Assembly: GCA_965232515.1 (NCBI GenBank)
Contig: CBDDPY010000002.1
Coordinates: 6,400,001-6,464,000 of the forward strand
Length of the DNA stretch: 64,000 nucleotides
Reading direction: 5' to 3'
Origin: Alphaproteobacteria bacterium
GTDB lineage: Bacteria > Pseudomonadota > Alphaproteobacteria > GCA-2731375
Shown here in pieces: positions 20,868 through 31,608 of the stretch; the stretch's first letter is position 1; each line of letters begins with the position of its first letter. Under the pieces are notes generated by a model. It ran no database searches. It was not told where the DNA came from and was given only the letters and a program-made list of their open reading frames with translations. The position numbers and the translations under genes are program-made.

Positions 20868-21806
20868 ATGCCCATCACCACGGAACAGCAGAACGAGATC
20901 GCCAGTCAGCAGGCCGAAACGCAGCCCACGAGGCGCGCGACGGTGCCGGCGCTGGAAGAGATCCTCTATCAGGCGCTACCCGTGCTGGACCACGGGTTCG
21001 TGCGCGTCGTCGACTATATGGGCGACGATTCCGCGATCGTGCAGGCGGCGCGCGTCTCTTACGGCCGGGGCACCAAAAAGCTGCGCCAGGATGCGGGTCT
21101 GATCCGTTATCTCGTGCGCCACCGGCACACAACGCCGCTGGAAATGTGCGAGATCAAGTATCACGTGAAGCTGCCGGTTTTCGTCGCTCGTCAGTGGATC
21201 CGTCACCGGACCGCCAACGTGAACGAGTATTCGGCGCGCTACTCCGTGCTCGATCGGGAATTCTACATCCCCGACCCCGAGGCGCTCGCGGTGCAATCGA
21301 CCTCGAACCGGCAGGGCCGCGGCGACGTGCTGTCCGGCGAGCAGGCCGCGCGCGTGCTCGACATCCTGCGCGAGGACGCCGCGCGCAACTACGCCAACTA
21401 CCAGGAAATGCTGAACGAGGACGACGAGGGCAACGTCATCGATCCGTCCCGCGACGGTTTGGCGCGCGAGCTGGCGCGCATGAACCTGCCGCTCAATATC
21501 TATACGCAGTGGTACTGGAAGTGCGATCTGCACAATCTGATGCACTTCCTCGGCCTGCGCGCCGACAGTCATGCCCAGTACGAGATCCGGGTCTATGCCG
21601 AGGCGATGCTGGAATCCGTCAAGCGCTGGGTGCCGCTCGCCTACGAGGCCTATCTCGAATACCAGCTCGGTGGCACGCACGTCTCCAAGACCGGTCTCGA
21701 GGTGATCAAGCGCCTGATTGCCGGCGAGCAGGTGGAACAGGAATCGAGCGGTCTCTCAGCCCGCGAGTGGCGCGAGTTGATGACGGCGCTTGGCAGAGAC
21801 GCGTGA
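20868..21806 (+). CDS. thyX: FAD-dependent thymidylate synthase
   Basis: [34 protein letters not shown]. Confidence 0.96.
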   Translation: MPITTEQQNEIASQQAETQPTRRATVPALEEILYQALPVLDHGFVRVVDYMGDDSAIVQAARVSYGRGTKKLRQDAGLIRYLVRHRHTTPLEMCEIKYHVKLPVFVARQWIRHRTANVNEYSARYSVLDREFYIPDPEALAVQSTSNRQGRGDVLSGEQAARVLDILREDAARNYANYQEMLNEDDEGNVIDPSRDGLARELARMNLPLNIYTQWYWKCDLHNLMHFLGLRADSHAQYEIRVYAEAMLESVKRWVPLAYEAYLEYQLGGTHVSKTGLEVIKRLIAGEQVEQESSGLSAREWRELMTALGRDA

Positions 21807-21867
21807 ACGGCGGCCCACGAATTGGGGTCCGCTGGCGTTGAGCCCGACGGGTCTAAGGCAGCAACGA

Positions 21868-22419
21868 TTATTGGGGCGAGAAGCCTGCGTCTGATCGGCC
21901 GAGGCGCTCGACGGTCAGCGTGAAGTCTTCCTTGGCCGCGGACAGAATGATGTCGACGTTCTCCCCGTCGCTGGCGCAGGGCAGCTTCACGACTGAGAAC
22001 TCGATCGGGCGTTGATAGCTCCAGACCCGGCCGACGCTCAGGCCGATGCGCCGCTCGACGACGATCGAACGGTAGAAGTCGATCAGGCCGGGTTCCTCGA
22101 CGGCTGGCGACTCGCTCAACAGCTTGCCGGTCTCGTCGATGCCGAGGAGTTCCGTGAGCTGGCTGCCCCAGAGCCGGCAGCGCATCTCGAACGGCGCTGT
22201 CGATACCAGTTCGTCGACAAGGATCATCCCGTGCCAACCCTTGAAATCCGGGAAGTCGAAATCGCGCCAGGCCGGCAACCGGCCGGCCCGCCACCTGTCG
22301 CGCCACAATTCGACAAAGGCCGCGAACGGGCCGAAGGCGGCCGGCGGCGTTTCAAGGGAGTAGGTGGTGAATTCTCTGTTTTCGAACAGACGTGCGCGAT
22401 GGCCTGATGCCGCACTCAT
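21868..22419 (-). CDS. PAS-domain (PAS_5-like) protein
   Basis: W..GRLPAWRDFD..., RCRLWGSQL, KLPCASDGENVD pattern; start uncertain. Confidence 0.65.
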   Translation of the reverse strand: MSAASGHRARLFENREFTTYSLETPPAAFGPFAAFVELWRDRWRAGRLPAWRDFDFPDFKGWHGMILVDELVSTAPFEMRCRLWGSQLTELLGIDETGKLLSESPAVEEPGLIDFYRSIVVERRIGLSVGRVWSYQRPIEFSVVKLPCASDGENVDIILSAAKEDFTLTVERLGRSDAGFSPQ

Positions 22420-22621
22420 GTTTGAACGCCCTCGTCGGCTCGCCGTTAGTTCTGGTGCCATTGGCACGGGCGTCGCCGATTCTTTTATTGACCTTTAAGT
22501 GATATGAAGCTTGCTATTTAGATCTCCAGCGTCGGAAGGCAAGTCGCCGGCGCGGAATCTATTTGCCCTGTTCGGGACAGGCCGCCGGTCGGCGGCGAAA
22601 TTCGGAAACAACGTTATCGAC

Positions 22622-23818
22622 ATGAGCCAAGTAAAGCGCGGCCGAGAGTTCCTGCACACACCCGGCCCGACCAACATTCCCGACCGGCTGCTGCGGGCCA
22701 TGCACCGGCCGGCGGTCGACTTCTCCGGCCCGGTCTTCACCGCGCTGGCCCGCGGCTGCTTCGAGGACCTGAAGCCGATCTTCCGCTGCGCCGGTCCGGT
22801 CTTCATCTATGCCGCGTCCGGTCACGGCGCCTGGGAGGCGGCGCTGGCCAACACGCTGTCGCCGGGTGATCGGGTCATCGTGCCGGAGACGGGCAACTTC
22901 TCGGCCAGTTGGTCGCGCATGGCGGAGGCCCTCGGCATCGTCGTCGACTATCTGCCGGGCGACTGGCGCCACGGCATCGATCCATCCGCGGTCGAGGCGC
23001 GTCTGGTCGAGGACAAGGCGCGAACGGTGAAAGCCGTGCTGATGGTGCATACCGATACCGCTACGGGCGTCACCAGCGATGTAACGGCGGTGCGGCGCGC
23101 CATCGATAACGCCGGCCACCCGGCGCTGTTCATGGTCGATACCATCGCCTCCCTCGGCACCGTCGAATTTCGTATGGACGACTGGCAGGTCGACGTCGCC
23201 GTCGGCGCCTCGCAGAAGGGCCTGATGCTGCCGCCCGGCCTCAGCTTCACGGCCGTCAGCGAGAAGGCCATTCGGGTCGGCCGCGAGACCACCATGCCGC
23301 GAAACTATTGGGATTGGCGCGAGCGCCTGACCGAGGAGCAGTACATCCGGTTTTGCGGCACCGCACCCGAGCATTTGATCTATGGCCTGCGCGAAGCCAT
23401 CGACATGGTCATGGAGGAGGGGCTGGAGGCAATCTTTGCGCGTCATCAACGCCTGGCCGATGCCGTGCGGCGGGCGGTCAGCGTCTGGGGTGAAGAGGGT
23501 GGCGTGGCATTCAACGCGCAGGTGTCGGTCGAGCGCGCGAACTCGGTGACGACAGTGCTGGTGCCGGACGGATTCGACGGCGAACAGGTGCGCAGGGTCT
23601 GTCGCGAACGTTTCGGCGTATCGCTTGGCGGTGGCCTGGCGCGGCTACAGGGGCGCGCCTTTCGCATCGGCCATATGGGCGATTTGAACGAGCCGATGAT
23701 CCTGGGCGCATTGGCCGGCGTCGAAGCCGGCCTGCAGATCTGCGGTATTCCCTATCGGCCCGGCGGCGTCACTGGCGCGATCGAATTTCTCGCGCAGACG
23801 ACGTCGCCGCTGGATTAG
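22622..23818 (+). CDS. Class V aminotransferase (serine-glyoxylate aminotransferase-like)
   Basis: TPGPTNIP, VDTIASLG, SQKGLMLPPG (PLP Lys), FRIGHMG. Confidence 0.92.
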   Translation: MSQVKRGREFLHTPGPTNIPDRLLRAMHRPAVDFSGPVFTALARGCFEDLKPIFRCAGPVFIYAASGHGAWEAALANTLSPGDRVIVPETGNFSASWSRMAEALGIVVDYLPGDWRHGIDPSAVEARLVEDKARTVKAVLMVHTDTATGVTSDVTAVRRAIDNAGHPALFMVDTIASLGTVEFRMDDWQVDVAVGASQKGLMLPPGLSFTAVSEKAIRVGRETTMPRNYWDWRERLTEEQYIRFCGTAPEHLIYGLREAIDMVMEEGLEAIFARHQRLADAVRRAVSVWGEEGGVAFNAQVSVERANSVTTVLVPDGFDGEQVRRVCRERFGVSLGGGLARLQGRAFRIGHMGDLNEPMILGALAGVEAGLQICGIPYRPGGVTGAIEFLAQTTSPLD

Positions 23819-23828
23819 GCGTCACCGG

Positions 23829-24530
23829 TCAGGACGTGACCGTCTCGACTTCCGGGTCTTCGGTCGCGGTGTCCATCTCCACCGGCTCCCGCTCGTCGGC
23901 GCCGATGGCGATCGCTTCGTCGAGCACCTGCAACGTCAGCGACCAGACCTCGTCGCTGCCCGAGAGCCGCACCGCGGCGATGGCGGCGTCGGCGGCGTCC
24001 GATGCATCGATCGCGCGCGACAGGTGCGCCGCCCGGCCGGCGCTCGCGGCGTGCGCGCCGTGCGCGGCATGGGCCGCCTGCACGACAGCCGCGCGGCATG
24101 CCGCCGGTATCTGCGGGCCGGGATAGGCCGCATAGGCCGCGTCGGCGGCATCGGCCAGATCGCCCTTGACGTTGCGTAAGCGCGCGGCGCTGTCACGCAG
24201 GCCACAGGCCTCGAGCGCAATCGGCGCGAACTCACGGATCGCCCGCCAGGCTAGCAGTTCCGCGCGGGTGACCGAATGGTCGTCGCGGGTGCCGATCAGC
24301 AACGGCAAATATGGCTTCAGCCGCTGCCGCCATTCAGTGGGCATGGAATCGTTCAGTCGGATCGTATAGGCGGTCAGCACCGGACAGGCGCACTCCGGGT
24401 GGTAACTGTGGCCCTCGCCGGCGAGATAGGCGACCATCTCCATGGCGCACATGCCGTCGGCCGGTTTCTTGTGTCCGCCATATTGCAGCTTGATGCGGTC
24501 CAGCAAACGCTGGCGTGTGAGGTCGAACAT
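23829..24530 (-). CDS. Hypothetical protein with Cys/His-rich N-terminus
   Basis: AGGAGG RBS; GGH...CAMEMVAYLAGEGHSYHPECACPVL followed by Ala-rich helices. Confidence 0.75.
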   Translation of the reverse strand: MFDLTRQRLLDRIKLQYGGHKKPADGMCAMEMVAYLAGEGHSYHPECACPVLTAYTIRLNDSMPTEWRQRLKPYLPLLIGTRDDHSVTRAELLAWRAIREFAPIALEACGLRDSAARLRNVKGDLADAADAAYAAYPGPQIPAACRAAVVQAAHAAHGAHAASAGRAAHLSRAIDASDAADAAIAAVRLSGSDEVWSLTLQVLDEAIAIGADEREPVEMDTATEDPEVETVTS

Positions 24531-24536
24531 GCGTTG

Positions 24537-24773
24537 CTACCTCCTGTGGCCGCTTCGGCTTGGCGCCGCGGAAATGCGTCGTTCGGGAAAAAGCTTGGTC
24601 AGCGCGACGACGATCAGACAGGCCCCGACGCCGACGGACAGGGCCAGGTAATAGACCGTCGTCGACCACGAGAGCCACAGTGTCAAAGGCGTGAGGATCG
24701 CGATAAAGCCGAGCACGGAAATGGCGAAATCGACCCTATCGCCCTTCGCCGGATCATACGCGGGATCTGTCAC
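24537..24773 (-). CDS. Small two-TM membrane protein
   Basis: Two hydrophobic segments; GGAGG before GTG 24773 (alternative ATG 24785). Confidence 0.6.
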   Translation of the reverse strand: MTDPAYDPAKGDRVDFAISVLGFIAILTPLTLWLSWSTTVYYLALSVGVGACLIVVALTKLFPERRISAAPSRSGHRR

Positions 24774-24920
24774 GTCACCCTCCATCGCGCCGTGTTGCGC
24801 TCCACCGGTTAGTATCCGACCGGGGCCGCTGTTTGTCTAGCGCGCCCGTCCCACCGAAACGTTAAGATTATTAATTAGATTTGGCGCAAATTCGGCTGTG
24901 GACAACCGGTCTGCGCCCGA

Positions 24921-25562
24921 TCAGGTCTTCTGTTGCGCCAGATTCCCGTCCGCAAGACGCAGTTCGTCCAATGCCTGGCGCACGATCTGTGTCGCCGACC
25001 AGAGGAACAGACTCGCCATGATTGCGGCGACGACAAGGTCGGGCCAGTGGCTGCCGGTCAGCAGCACGCCGCCGGCGGCGCCGATCACCGCGACATTGCC
25101 GAAGGCGTCATTGCGGCTGCAGAGCCAGACCGAACGCACGTTGGCGTCACCGTTGCGGAAACGGAACAGGATCAGCGCGCTGGCGATGTTTGCCGCCAGC
25201 GCCAGGACACCGACCACGCTCATGGTGACGGCCTCCGGCGTGCCATTGACGAAGACCTGATAGATCGTCGCGCCTAGTACCCAGAGACCGAAGACGGCCA
25301 GCGACAGCCCCTTCAGCAGCGCGGCCCTGGCGCGCCAGTGCGCCGCGTGGCCGATGACGTAAAGGCTGAGCGCGTAGGTCGCGGTGTCGCCCAGGAAATC
25401 AAGGGCGTCGGCTTGCAACGCCATGGAGCCGGCGGTGATGCCGGCCGTGGCTTCGACAACGAACATTGAGGCGTTCAGCGCGATCACGATCCACAAGGCG
25501 CGCCGATAGGCCGTCGACGCGCCGTCGAAGACGGGCTGATTGCTGCAACATCCGGCGGCCAC
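24921..25562 (-). CDS. Cation diffusion facilitator family metal transporter
   Basis: ADALDFLGD, VWLCSRND, WPDL; N-terminal CC. Confidence 0.88.
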   Translation of the reverse strand: MAAGCCSNQPVFDGASTAYRRALWIVIALNASMFVVEATAGITAGSMALQADALDFLGDTATYALSLYVIGHAAHWRARAALLKGLSLAVFGLWVLGATIYQVFVNGTPEAVTMSVVGVLALAANIASALILFRFRNGDANVRSVWLCSRNDAFGNVAVIGAAGGVLLTGSHWPDLVVAAIMASLFLWSATQIVRQALDELRLADGNLAQQKT

Positions 25563-25706
25563 TTCGTCAGTCCCGTCCCGACGGCTCGACGGCCTGATCG
25601 TCGTACAGCGTCATCATGGTTACAAAATATTAACAATTGAATAATTGTTTATATATTAATTTGACACCACGGCGATGTCAACATCCTTGGATGGTCCGGC
25701 GTAATG

Positions 25707-26918
25707 TCAGGACACGGCCGGATTCGGTGAGCGGAACAGCACCGATACGGCGGCGGTGATCAGCAATGCCAGGCAGGCGATCAGCGCCGCGTCGTAGCCG
25801 CCGGACAAGTCGCGCAGCCAACCAAGCAGGCCGGGCCCGAACGCGAACGTGTACTGATTGATGGCGAGGATAAGGCTGACGATGCGCCCGAAATGCGCGG
25901 TTGGAAACTCGGCCTGAACGATCAGCGGCGGGAAGGTGATCATATTGCCAACGCCAAGGCCGAAGAGCGCGCAGTAGACGTAGAGCAGCGTCGGGTCGGG
26001 GTAGAGCAGCATCAGCCCGATGGCGAACGTCTGCAGGACGAAGTTGCCGCAGGCGGCCAGGCGTTTGTCGACGGAATCGACGAACATGCCCATGGCCAGC
26101 CGGCCGACGACGGCGGCGGCGGTGGTGATGCTGATCGCGAGCGCGGCCCCGCCGGCGCCAAGCGTCGGGCCAAGATAGGCTGCCTGGTGCGTCAGAAAGC
26201 CGACCTGGGCCATCAGCCCGAGGGCGAACGGCACCGAGATGGACCAGAAATTCAACCGTCCGAACAGGCTCGCCCGCCGTAGCGGCGTCGCCGGCGGCAA
26301 TGTGCCGCTTGGCGAGGCGGCGGCCGGTTGTCCATCTGGTCGCAGACCGAGATCGTCCGGTCGCCTGTACACCCATAGCCAGACCGGCGGCAGCAGCAGG
26401 ATCAGCATGCCGGCCGCCGCAATCTGCATACCGCCGGTAAAGCCGACCTCTGCGATCAGGAAAATCAGAACCGGCGCGATCACGACGCCGCCGCAACTGG
26501 CGCCGTTCAAGGCCAGGCTGATGGCAAGACCCCGTTTTCGCTCGAACCACGGCGCGACAATCAGATTGATTGCCGCGCCGCCCAGGCAGGCCCAACCGAG
26601 GCCCATGACCAGAAAGGCGGCGAACACCATCCAGGGCGCGCTAACAGCGGCCAGGCCGGTGACGCCGACGGCCATGGCTACGGCGCCGGCCGTCACCATA
26701 GCGCGCGGTCCGAATCGCTCAAACAGGTCGCCGGCGTAGATCGTGATCGTCGCGCCGACCAGATAGTAAAAGGTAATCGCCGACGCGATGGCGGCGATAT
26801 CCCAGCCGCGCGTCTCGGTCAGCGCGGCGAGATAGATGCCCGGCCCATAGAAGCCAAGACCCCAGCCGCAAAGCGCGACGATGAATGCGGCGGCAACGAC
26901 TTTCCAGCCGTGAAACAT
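25707..26918 (-). CDS. MFS transporter
   Basis: About 12 TM segments, GDLFERFGPR, WFERKRGLA. Confidence 0.9.
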   Translation of the reverse strand: MFHGWKVVAAAFIVALCGWGLGFYGPGIYLAALTETRGWDIAAIASAITFYYLVGATITIYAGDLFERFGPRAMVTAGAVAMAVGVTGLAAVSAPWMVFAAFLVMGLGWACLGGAAINLIVAPWFERKRGLAISLALNGASCGGVVIAPVLIFLIAEVGFTGGMQIAAAGMLILLLPPVWLWVYRRPDDLGLRPDGQPAAASPSGTLPPATPLRRASLFGRLNFWSISVPFALGLMAQVGFLTHQAAYLGPTLGAGGAALAISITTAAAVVGRLAMGMFVDSVDKRLAACGNFVLQTFAIGLMLLYPDPTLLYVYCALFGLGVGNMITFPPLIVQAEFPTAHFGRIVSLILAINQYTFAFGPGLLGWLRDLSGGYDAALIACLALLITAAVSVLFRSPNPAVS

Positions 26919-27045
26919 GCGAGACCGTTCAGGCAGGACGGCAATACCGCCGTCGGATTTCCGTGCCGGCAGTATCGAACGCGCCGCCGCGGCTGTCTCG
27001 CCGCATGCGGACACGGTCGTCGGTGGTGGGGACGATAGGGGCGGG

Positions 27046-27930
27046 CTAGACCTGGAAGCGGCAGCGGTCGCCGCTGGCGACGATGCGGCCCGCGGTCGGC
27101 GCGGCGAAATGCGCCGCCAGCACGGTCACGTCGCGTTCGGCATGGTGATCGACGAATTGCCGGCGCGTCGCGCGCGACATTTCGGGGTCGTGACAGAAGC
27201 GGCTGTTCCACTCCGGATACATGGCCTGGATCGGATGGTGCATCAGGTCGCCGCTGAACACCGCCTCGCGGCCGCCGGCGGCCATCCGGATGGCGACGTG
27301 ACCCGGCGAATGGCCGCGCGTGTCGTCCAGCCAGAAGGTATCGTCGAGACTATGGCCGTTGTCGACCAGGACGGCCTGACCGGCTTCCATCACCGGCAGC
27401 ACGCTGTCGGTGAAGCAGCCGTCGCTGCCACCGCTGCCTTGGCCGTCCTGCGGCGCTTCCTCCACGGCCTGCCAGTGCGCGTACTCGTCCTTGTGAAAAA
27501 GGTACTTGGCGTTCGGGAAGGTCGGGACCCAGCGGCCGTCGAGCAGCCGGGTGTTCCAGCCGACGTGATCCACATGCAGATGCGTGCACATCACGTAGTC
27601 GACCTCTTCCGGCGCCACGCCCATGGCGCCCAGATTGTCCAGCCAGGGCGTCTGCAACTGATGCCACGGTTTCGTCGACGGCCGGTTCTTGTCGTTACCG
27701 ACACAGGTGTCGATCAGAATCGTGTGCTTCGGCGTGCGCACGACATAGCTGTGCACGCTCATGATCAGCCGGCCGGTCTCGGGGTGGTGAAAGTGCGGCA
27801 ACAACCAGTCGCGCTCGGCCGCCAGGATCTCTTCGTCGGAATCCGGTATCAGAAAGCCGGGGAAAAAGCCGGGGCCTTCCGCCTCGACCAGGCGCTGGAC
27901 GGTGACGTCGCCGAATCGCAGTTCTTTCAT
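27046..27930 (-). CDS. MBL-fold metallo-hydrolase
   Basis: THLHVDHVGWN, GHSPGH, GD. Confidence 0.92.
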   Translation of the reverse strand: MKELRFGDVTVQRLVEAEGPGFFPGFLIPDSDEEILAAERDWLLPHFHHPETGRLIMSVHSYVVRTPKHTILIDTCVGNDKNRPSTKPWHQLQTPWLDNLGAMGVAPEEVDYVMCTHLHVDHVGWNTRLLDGRWVPTFPNAKYLFHKDEYAHWQAVEEAPQDGQGSGGSDGCFTDSVLPVMEAGQAVLVDNGHSLDDTFWLDDTRGHSPGHVAIRMAAGGREAVFSGDLMHHPIQAMYPEWNSRFCHDPEMSRATRRQFVDHHAERDVTVLAAHFAAPTAGRIVASGDRCRFQV

Positions 27931-27948
27931 GGCGCCAACTCTAGAACA

Positions 27949-29085
27949 CTACATGACCACGATGCGCGGCGGTTTCCGGGCGCCCCCGGCATTCCGAGCG
28001 TCGATTCTTTCGGCGACCATGGCGGCAACCTCGAGATAGGCCTTAGCCTGCGGCGAATCGGGCTGCGTGGCGACGATTGGCGCGCCGGCGTCCGAGGTCT
28101 CGCGAATCGCCATGTGCAGCGGCACCTCGCCGAGGAAGTCCATGCCGAGCTCGGCCGCCGTCTGGCGGGCGCCGCCATGGCCGAAGATTTCCGACCGCTC
28201 GCCACAGTTCGGGCAGAGGAAATAGCTCATGTTCTCGACCAGGCCGAGGACGGGGATTTCGACCCGGCGGAACATGTTCAGGCCCTTCCGGGCGTCGATC
28301 AGCGCCACGTCCTGCGGCGTCGAGACGATGATGGCGCCGGTCACGGCGATGCGCTGCGAGATCGTCAGCTGGGCGTCGCCGGTGCCGGGCGGCATGTCCA
28401 GGACAAGCACGTCGAGCGCGCCCCAGCGGACGTCGCGCAGCATCTGTTCGAGCGCGCTCATCACCATGGGGCCGCGCCAGATCATCGGCGTATCTTCCTC
28501 GACCAGGAAGCCGATCGACATGCAGACCAAGCCGTAGTTGCGCATCGGATCCAGCTTGTCGCCATCGCTCTGCGGCTTGCCGGAAATGCCCAGCATGCGG
28601 GGGATCGACGGCCCGTAGATATCGGCGTCGAGGATGCCGACCCGCAGGCCGAGCTGCGACAGGCCGAGCGCGATATTGACCGCCGTCGTCGATTTGCCGA
28701 CGCCGCCCTTGCCGGAAGCGACGGCGATGATTGCGCCGACCTCCTCCATCTCCAGCCGGCCGCCGCCGACCGCCGGCCGCTGGCCGGATTGCTGCTGCTG
28801 TTGCTGCGGCGGTGGGGGGGCCGCTGCAGCGCTCGCGCTGTGCGCCGTCATCACGGCGCTGACGGAAAGAACGCCCGGCAACGCGTTTACGGCATCCTCG
28901 CAGGCCTTGCGCAGCGGCTCGAGCTCGGGCCCGCGGCTTGGGTCCACCTCGACCATGAATCCGACATTGCCGTCCTTCACCGTCAGCCCGCCGATCATGC
29001 CGAGCGCGACCACGTCTTCGCCCCGATCCGGGTCTCGCACGGCCTTCAGGGCCTCCAGAACCTGGCTTTCACTCACCCGGGCCAT
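27949..29085 (-). CDS. apbC: Mrp/NBP35 Fe-S cluster carrier ATPase
   Basis: SGKGGVGKST, DADIYGPS, WRGPM, DMPPGTGD, CPNC. Confidence 0.95.
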   Translation of the reverse strand: MARVSESQVLEALKAVRDPDRGEDVVALGMIGGLTVKDGNVGFMVEVDPSRGPELEPLRKACEDAVNALPGVLSVSAVMTAHSASAAAAPPPPQQQQQQSGQRPAVGGGRLEMEEVGAIIAVASGKGGVGKSTTAVNIALGLSQLGLRVGILDADIYGPSIPRMLGISGKPQSDGDKLDPMRNYGLVCMSIGFLVEEDTPMIWRGPMVMSALEQMLRDVRWGALDVLVLDMPPGTGDAQLTISQRIAVTGAIIVSTPQDVALIDARKGLNMFRRVEIPVLGLVENMSYFLCPNCGERSEIFGHGGARQTAAELGMDFLGEVPLHMAIRETSDAGAPIVATQPDSPQAKAYLEVAAMVAERIDARNAGGARKPPRIVVM

Positions 29086-29305
29086 GTCATATTTCCCCAA
29101 AAAAGATCGTTTTCCCCAATCGCCGACAGGTCCCGGACCCCGGAAATCCGCGCTTGCGCGCATTGCGCGGACGGAGCAGGTGTCATATAAACCGCGCGAG
29201 CAAGATCGGGCATCCGATGTATTTGCCTAATCAACGACGTATATAGCCTATATATAGCCTGGACAGTCAGGCACGACAGCCGAGAAGAACAGGAACGGAT
29301 AACGG

Positions 29306-30439
29306 ATGCCTTGGAGCAATCAGGGCGGTGGATGGCAGGGCGGCGGCGGTAACCGCGGACCGTGGGGCCAGGGACCGTCCGGCGGCGGTCAGCCGCCAAA
29401 TCTCGAAGAAATTCTGCGCAAAGGCCAGGACCGCTTCAAAGGCATGGTGCCTGGCGGAAAATGGGGCTCCAAAGGTTTGTTGCTGGGCCTTCTGGTCATT
29501 CTCGCAGCCTGGATGTTCAGCGGATTCTACCGGGTGCAGCCGGACGAGCAGGGCGTGGTCCTGCGATTCGGCGAGTTCGTGCAGACGACCCAGCCCGGTT
29601 TGAACTATCACCTGCCGTCCCCGATCGAGTCGGTGCTGACCCCCAAGGTCACGCGCGTCAACCGCATCGATGTCGGGTTCCGCAGCGCCGGCGAGTTCGG
29701 TCGGCCGGGCTCGGCGCGGGACGTGCCGGAAGAGAGCCTTATGCTGACCGGCGACGAAAATATCGTCGATATCGACTTCGCCGTGTTCTGGCAGATCAAC
29801 AATGCCCGCAATTATCTGTTCAATATCCAGCAGCCCGAACGCACGGTGAAGGCGGTGGCCGAGAGCATGATGCGCGAGGTCGTCGGTCGCAGCCAGATCG
29901 ACGACGTGCTGACTGAGGGTCGCGAGCAGGTCGAGGTCGAAACCCAGGAAGCTATGCAGACCACGCTCGACGAGTATGGCGCCGGCATCCTGATCACGCA
30001 GGTGAAGCTGCAGAAATCGGACCCGCCGGCGCAAGTCATCGATGCCTTCCGCGACGTCCAGGCGGCGAACGCCGACCAGGAGCGGATGCGCAACGAAGCC
30101 CAGGCCTACGCCAACGACATCATCCCGCGGGCCCGCGGCGAGGCCGAGCAGATCCGTCAGGATGCCGAGGGCTACCGCGAGCAGGTCGTCGCCGACGCCG
30201 AGGGTGAGGTGGCGCGCTTCCTGTCGATCTACGACGAATACCGCCAGTCGAAGGATGTCATCCGCGAGCGGATCTATCTCGAGACCATGGAGAATGTGCT
30301 CGGCGGTATGAACAAGATCGTTATCGACAGCAACCAGGGCGGCTCGGGCGTGGTGCCCTATCTGCCGCTCAACGAGCTGCAGCGGAACAGCGGGCCGCGG
30401 GAAGGCGGTACGCAGAGCAACACCGGGACGCGACAATGA
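29306..30439 (+). CDS. hflK: FtsH protease modulator HflK
   Basis: MPWSNQ..., MLTGDENIVD, SPFH domain, YLPLNEL. Confidence 0.96.
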   Translation: MPWSNQGGGWQGGGGNRGPWGQGPSGGGQPPNLEEILRKGQDRFKGMVPGGKWGSKGLLLGLLVILAAWMFSGFYRVQPDEQGVVLRFGEFVQTTQPGLNYHLPSPIESVLTPKVTRVNRIDVGFRSAGEFGRPGSARDVPEESLMLTGDENIVDIDFAVFWQINNARNYLFNIQQPERTVKAVAESMMREVVGRSQIDDVLTEGREQVEVETQEAMQTTLDEYGAGILITQVKLQKSDPPAQVIDAFRDVQAANADQERMRNEAQAYANDIIPRARGEAEQIRQDAEGYREQVVADAEGEVARFLSIYDEYRQSKDVIRERIYLETMENVLGGMNKIVIDSNQGGSGVVPYLPLNELQRNSGPREGGTQSNTGTRQ

Positions 30440-31311
30440 CCCAGAACAAACTTGCCATTCTCGGCGCCATCCTCGGCGTTTTGGGGATCGTCGCCTACAC
30501 ATCGATCTACACCGTCCACGAAACCCAGCAATCGCTGCTGCTGCAGTTCGGTGAGCCGATCAAGATCGTTCAGGAGCCGGGCCTGCAGTTCAAGCTGCCC
30601 TGGCAGAACGTCGTGCTGCTGGAAAAGCGCATTCTCGATCTCGACGCGCCGGCGGAAGAGGTTATCGCCTCGGACAAGAAGCGTATCGTCGTGGATTCCT
30701 ATGCGCGGTTCCGGATCGAGGACCCGCTGCGCTATTTCCAGACCGTGAACAACGAGGACGTCGCCCGCTCGCGCCTGTCGAATATCATCAACTCGAACCT
30801 GCGGAAGGCGCTTGGTACCGTCGAGTTGCAATTCGTGCTGTCGGGTGAACGCGGCGATCTGATGCGCCGGATCAGCGACGACGTCAATATCGAGGCCGGC
30901 AAGCTCGGTATCCGTATCATCGACGTCCGCATCAAGCGCGCCGATCTGCCGGAGGCGAACAGCCAGGCCGTATTCCGGCGCATGCAGGCGGAACGCGAGC
31001 GTGATGCGCGTGAAGCCCGCGCCCGCGGCGCCGAGCAGGCGCAGAAGATCCGCGCCGAGGCGGACCGGCAGCGCACGGTGCTGTTGGCCGAGGCCCGCAA
31101 GCAATCCGAGATCCTGCGTGGCGAGGGCGATGGCCGGCGTAATCGCATCTTCGCCGATGCCTTTTCGCGCGATCCGGAGTTCTTCAGCTTCTACCGCACC
31201 ATGCAGGCCTATGGACGGTCATTGAATGCCGATGACACATCGCTCGTCCTGTCGCCGGACAGCGACTTCTTCCGGTATTTCAACAATATCGGCGGGAGCG
31301 GCAGCCCCTAG
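30436..31311 (+). CDS. hflC: FtsH protease modulator HflC
   Basis: SPFH domain, DPEFFSFYR, LSPDSDFFRYF; overlaps the hflK stop. Confidence 0.96.
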   Translation: MTQNKLAILGAILGVLGIVAYTSIYTVHETQQSLLLQFGEPIKIVQEPGLQFKLPWQNVVLLEKRILDLDAPAEEVIASDKKRIVVDSYARFRIEDPLRYFQTVNNEDVARSRLSNIINSNLRKALGTVELQFVLSGERGDLMRRISDDVNIEAGKLGIRIIDVRIKRADLPEANSQAVFRRMQAERERDAREARARGAEQAQKIRAEADRQRTVLLAEARKQSEILRGEGDGRRNRIFADAFSRDPEFFSFYRTMQAYGRSLNADDTSLVLSPDSDFFRYFNNIGGSGSP

Positions 31312-31413
31312 GGTGCCCGCCTTCCGCTGGCGGCCCGTGGCTGTGTCCGATGCGACCGAGCGGCGGGCCGGTCTGCCGGCGCGGGATAGGCCTGGCGGTC
31401 AGGCGAGGCCGGG

Positions 31414-31608
31414 ATGAATGCGTTTGTGCTGGCGATCGCACTCGTGTTGGTTATCGAAGGCGCGGTTTATGCGCTGGCGCCGGCGTTCATGAAGCAAATG
31501 ATGGCCGAGCTCATCAAGCGGCCCGACGAACAGCTGCGCATGGTCGGGTTTGGCATGGCGACGGCCGGCGTCGGGATCATATGGGCTGTCGACCACTGGT
31601 CGCGCTGA
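31414..31608 (+). CDS. DUF2065 (YjeT-like) membrane protein
   Basis: LALVLVIEG-type motif; conserved position after hflC. Confidence 0.85.
   Translation: MNAFVLAIALVLVIEGAVYALAPAFMKQMMAELIKRPDEQLRMVGFGMATAGVGIIWAVDHWSR

Noticed and set aside
28790-28830. Poly-Gln/Pro tracts in ApbC (and at the AsmA C-terminus)
   Set aside because: Ordinary low-complexity linkers, in frame, with no sign of phase variation.
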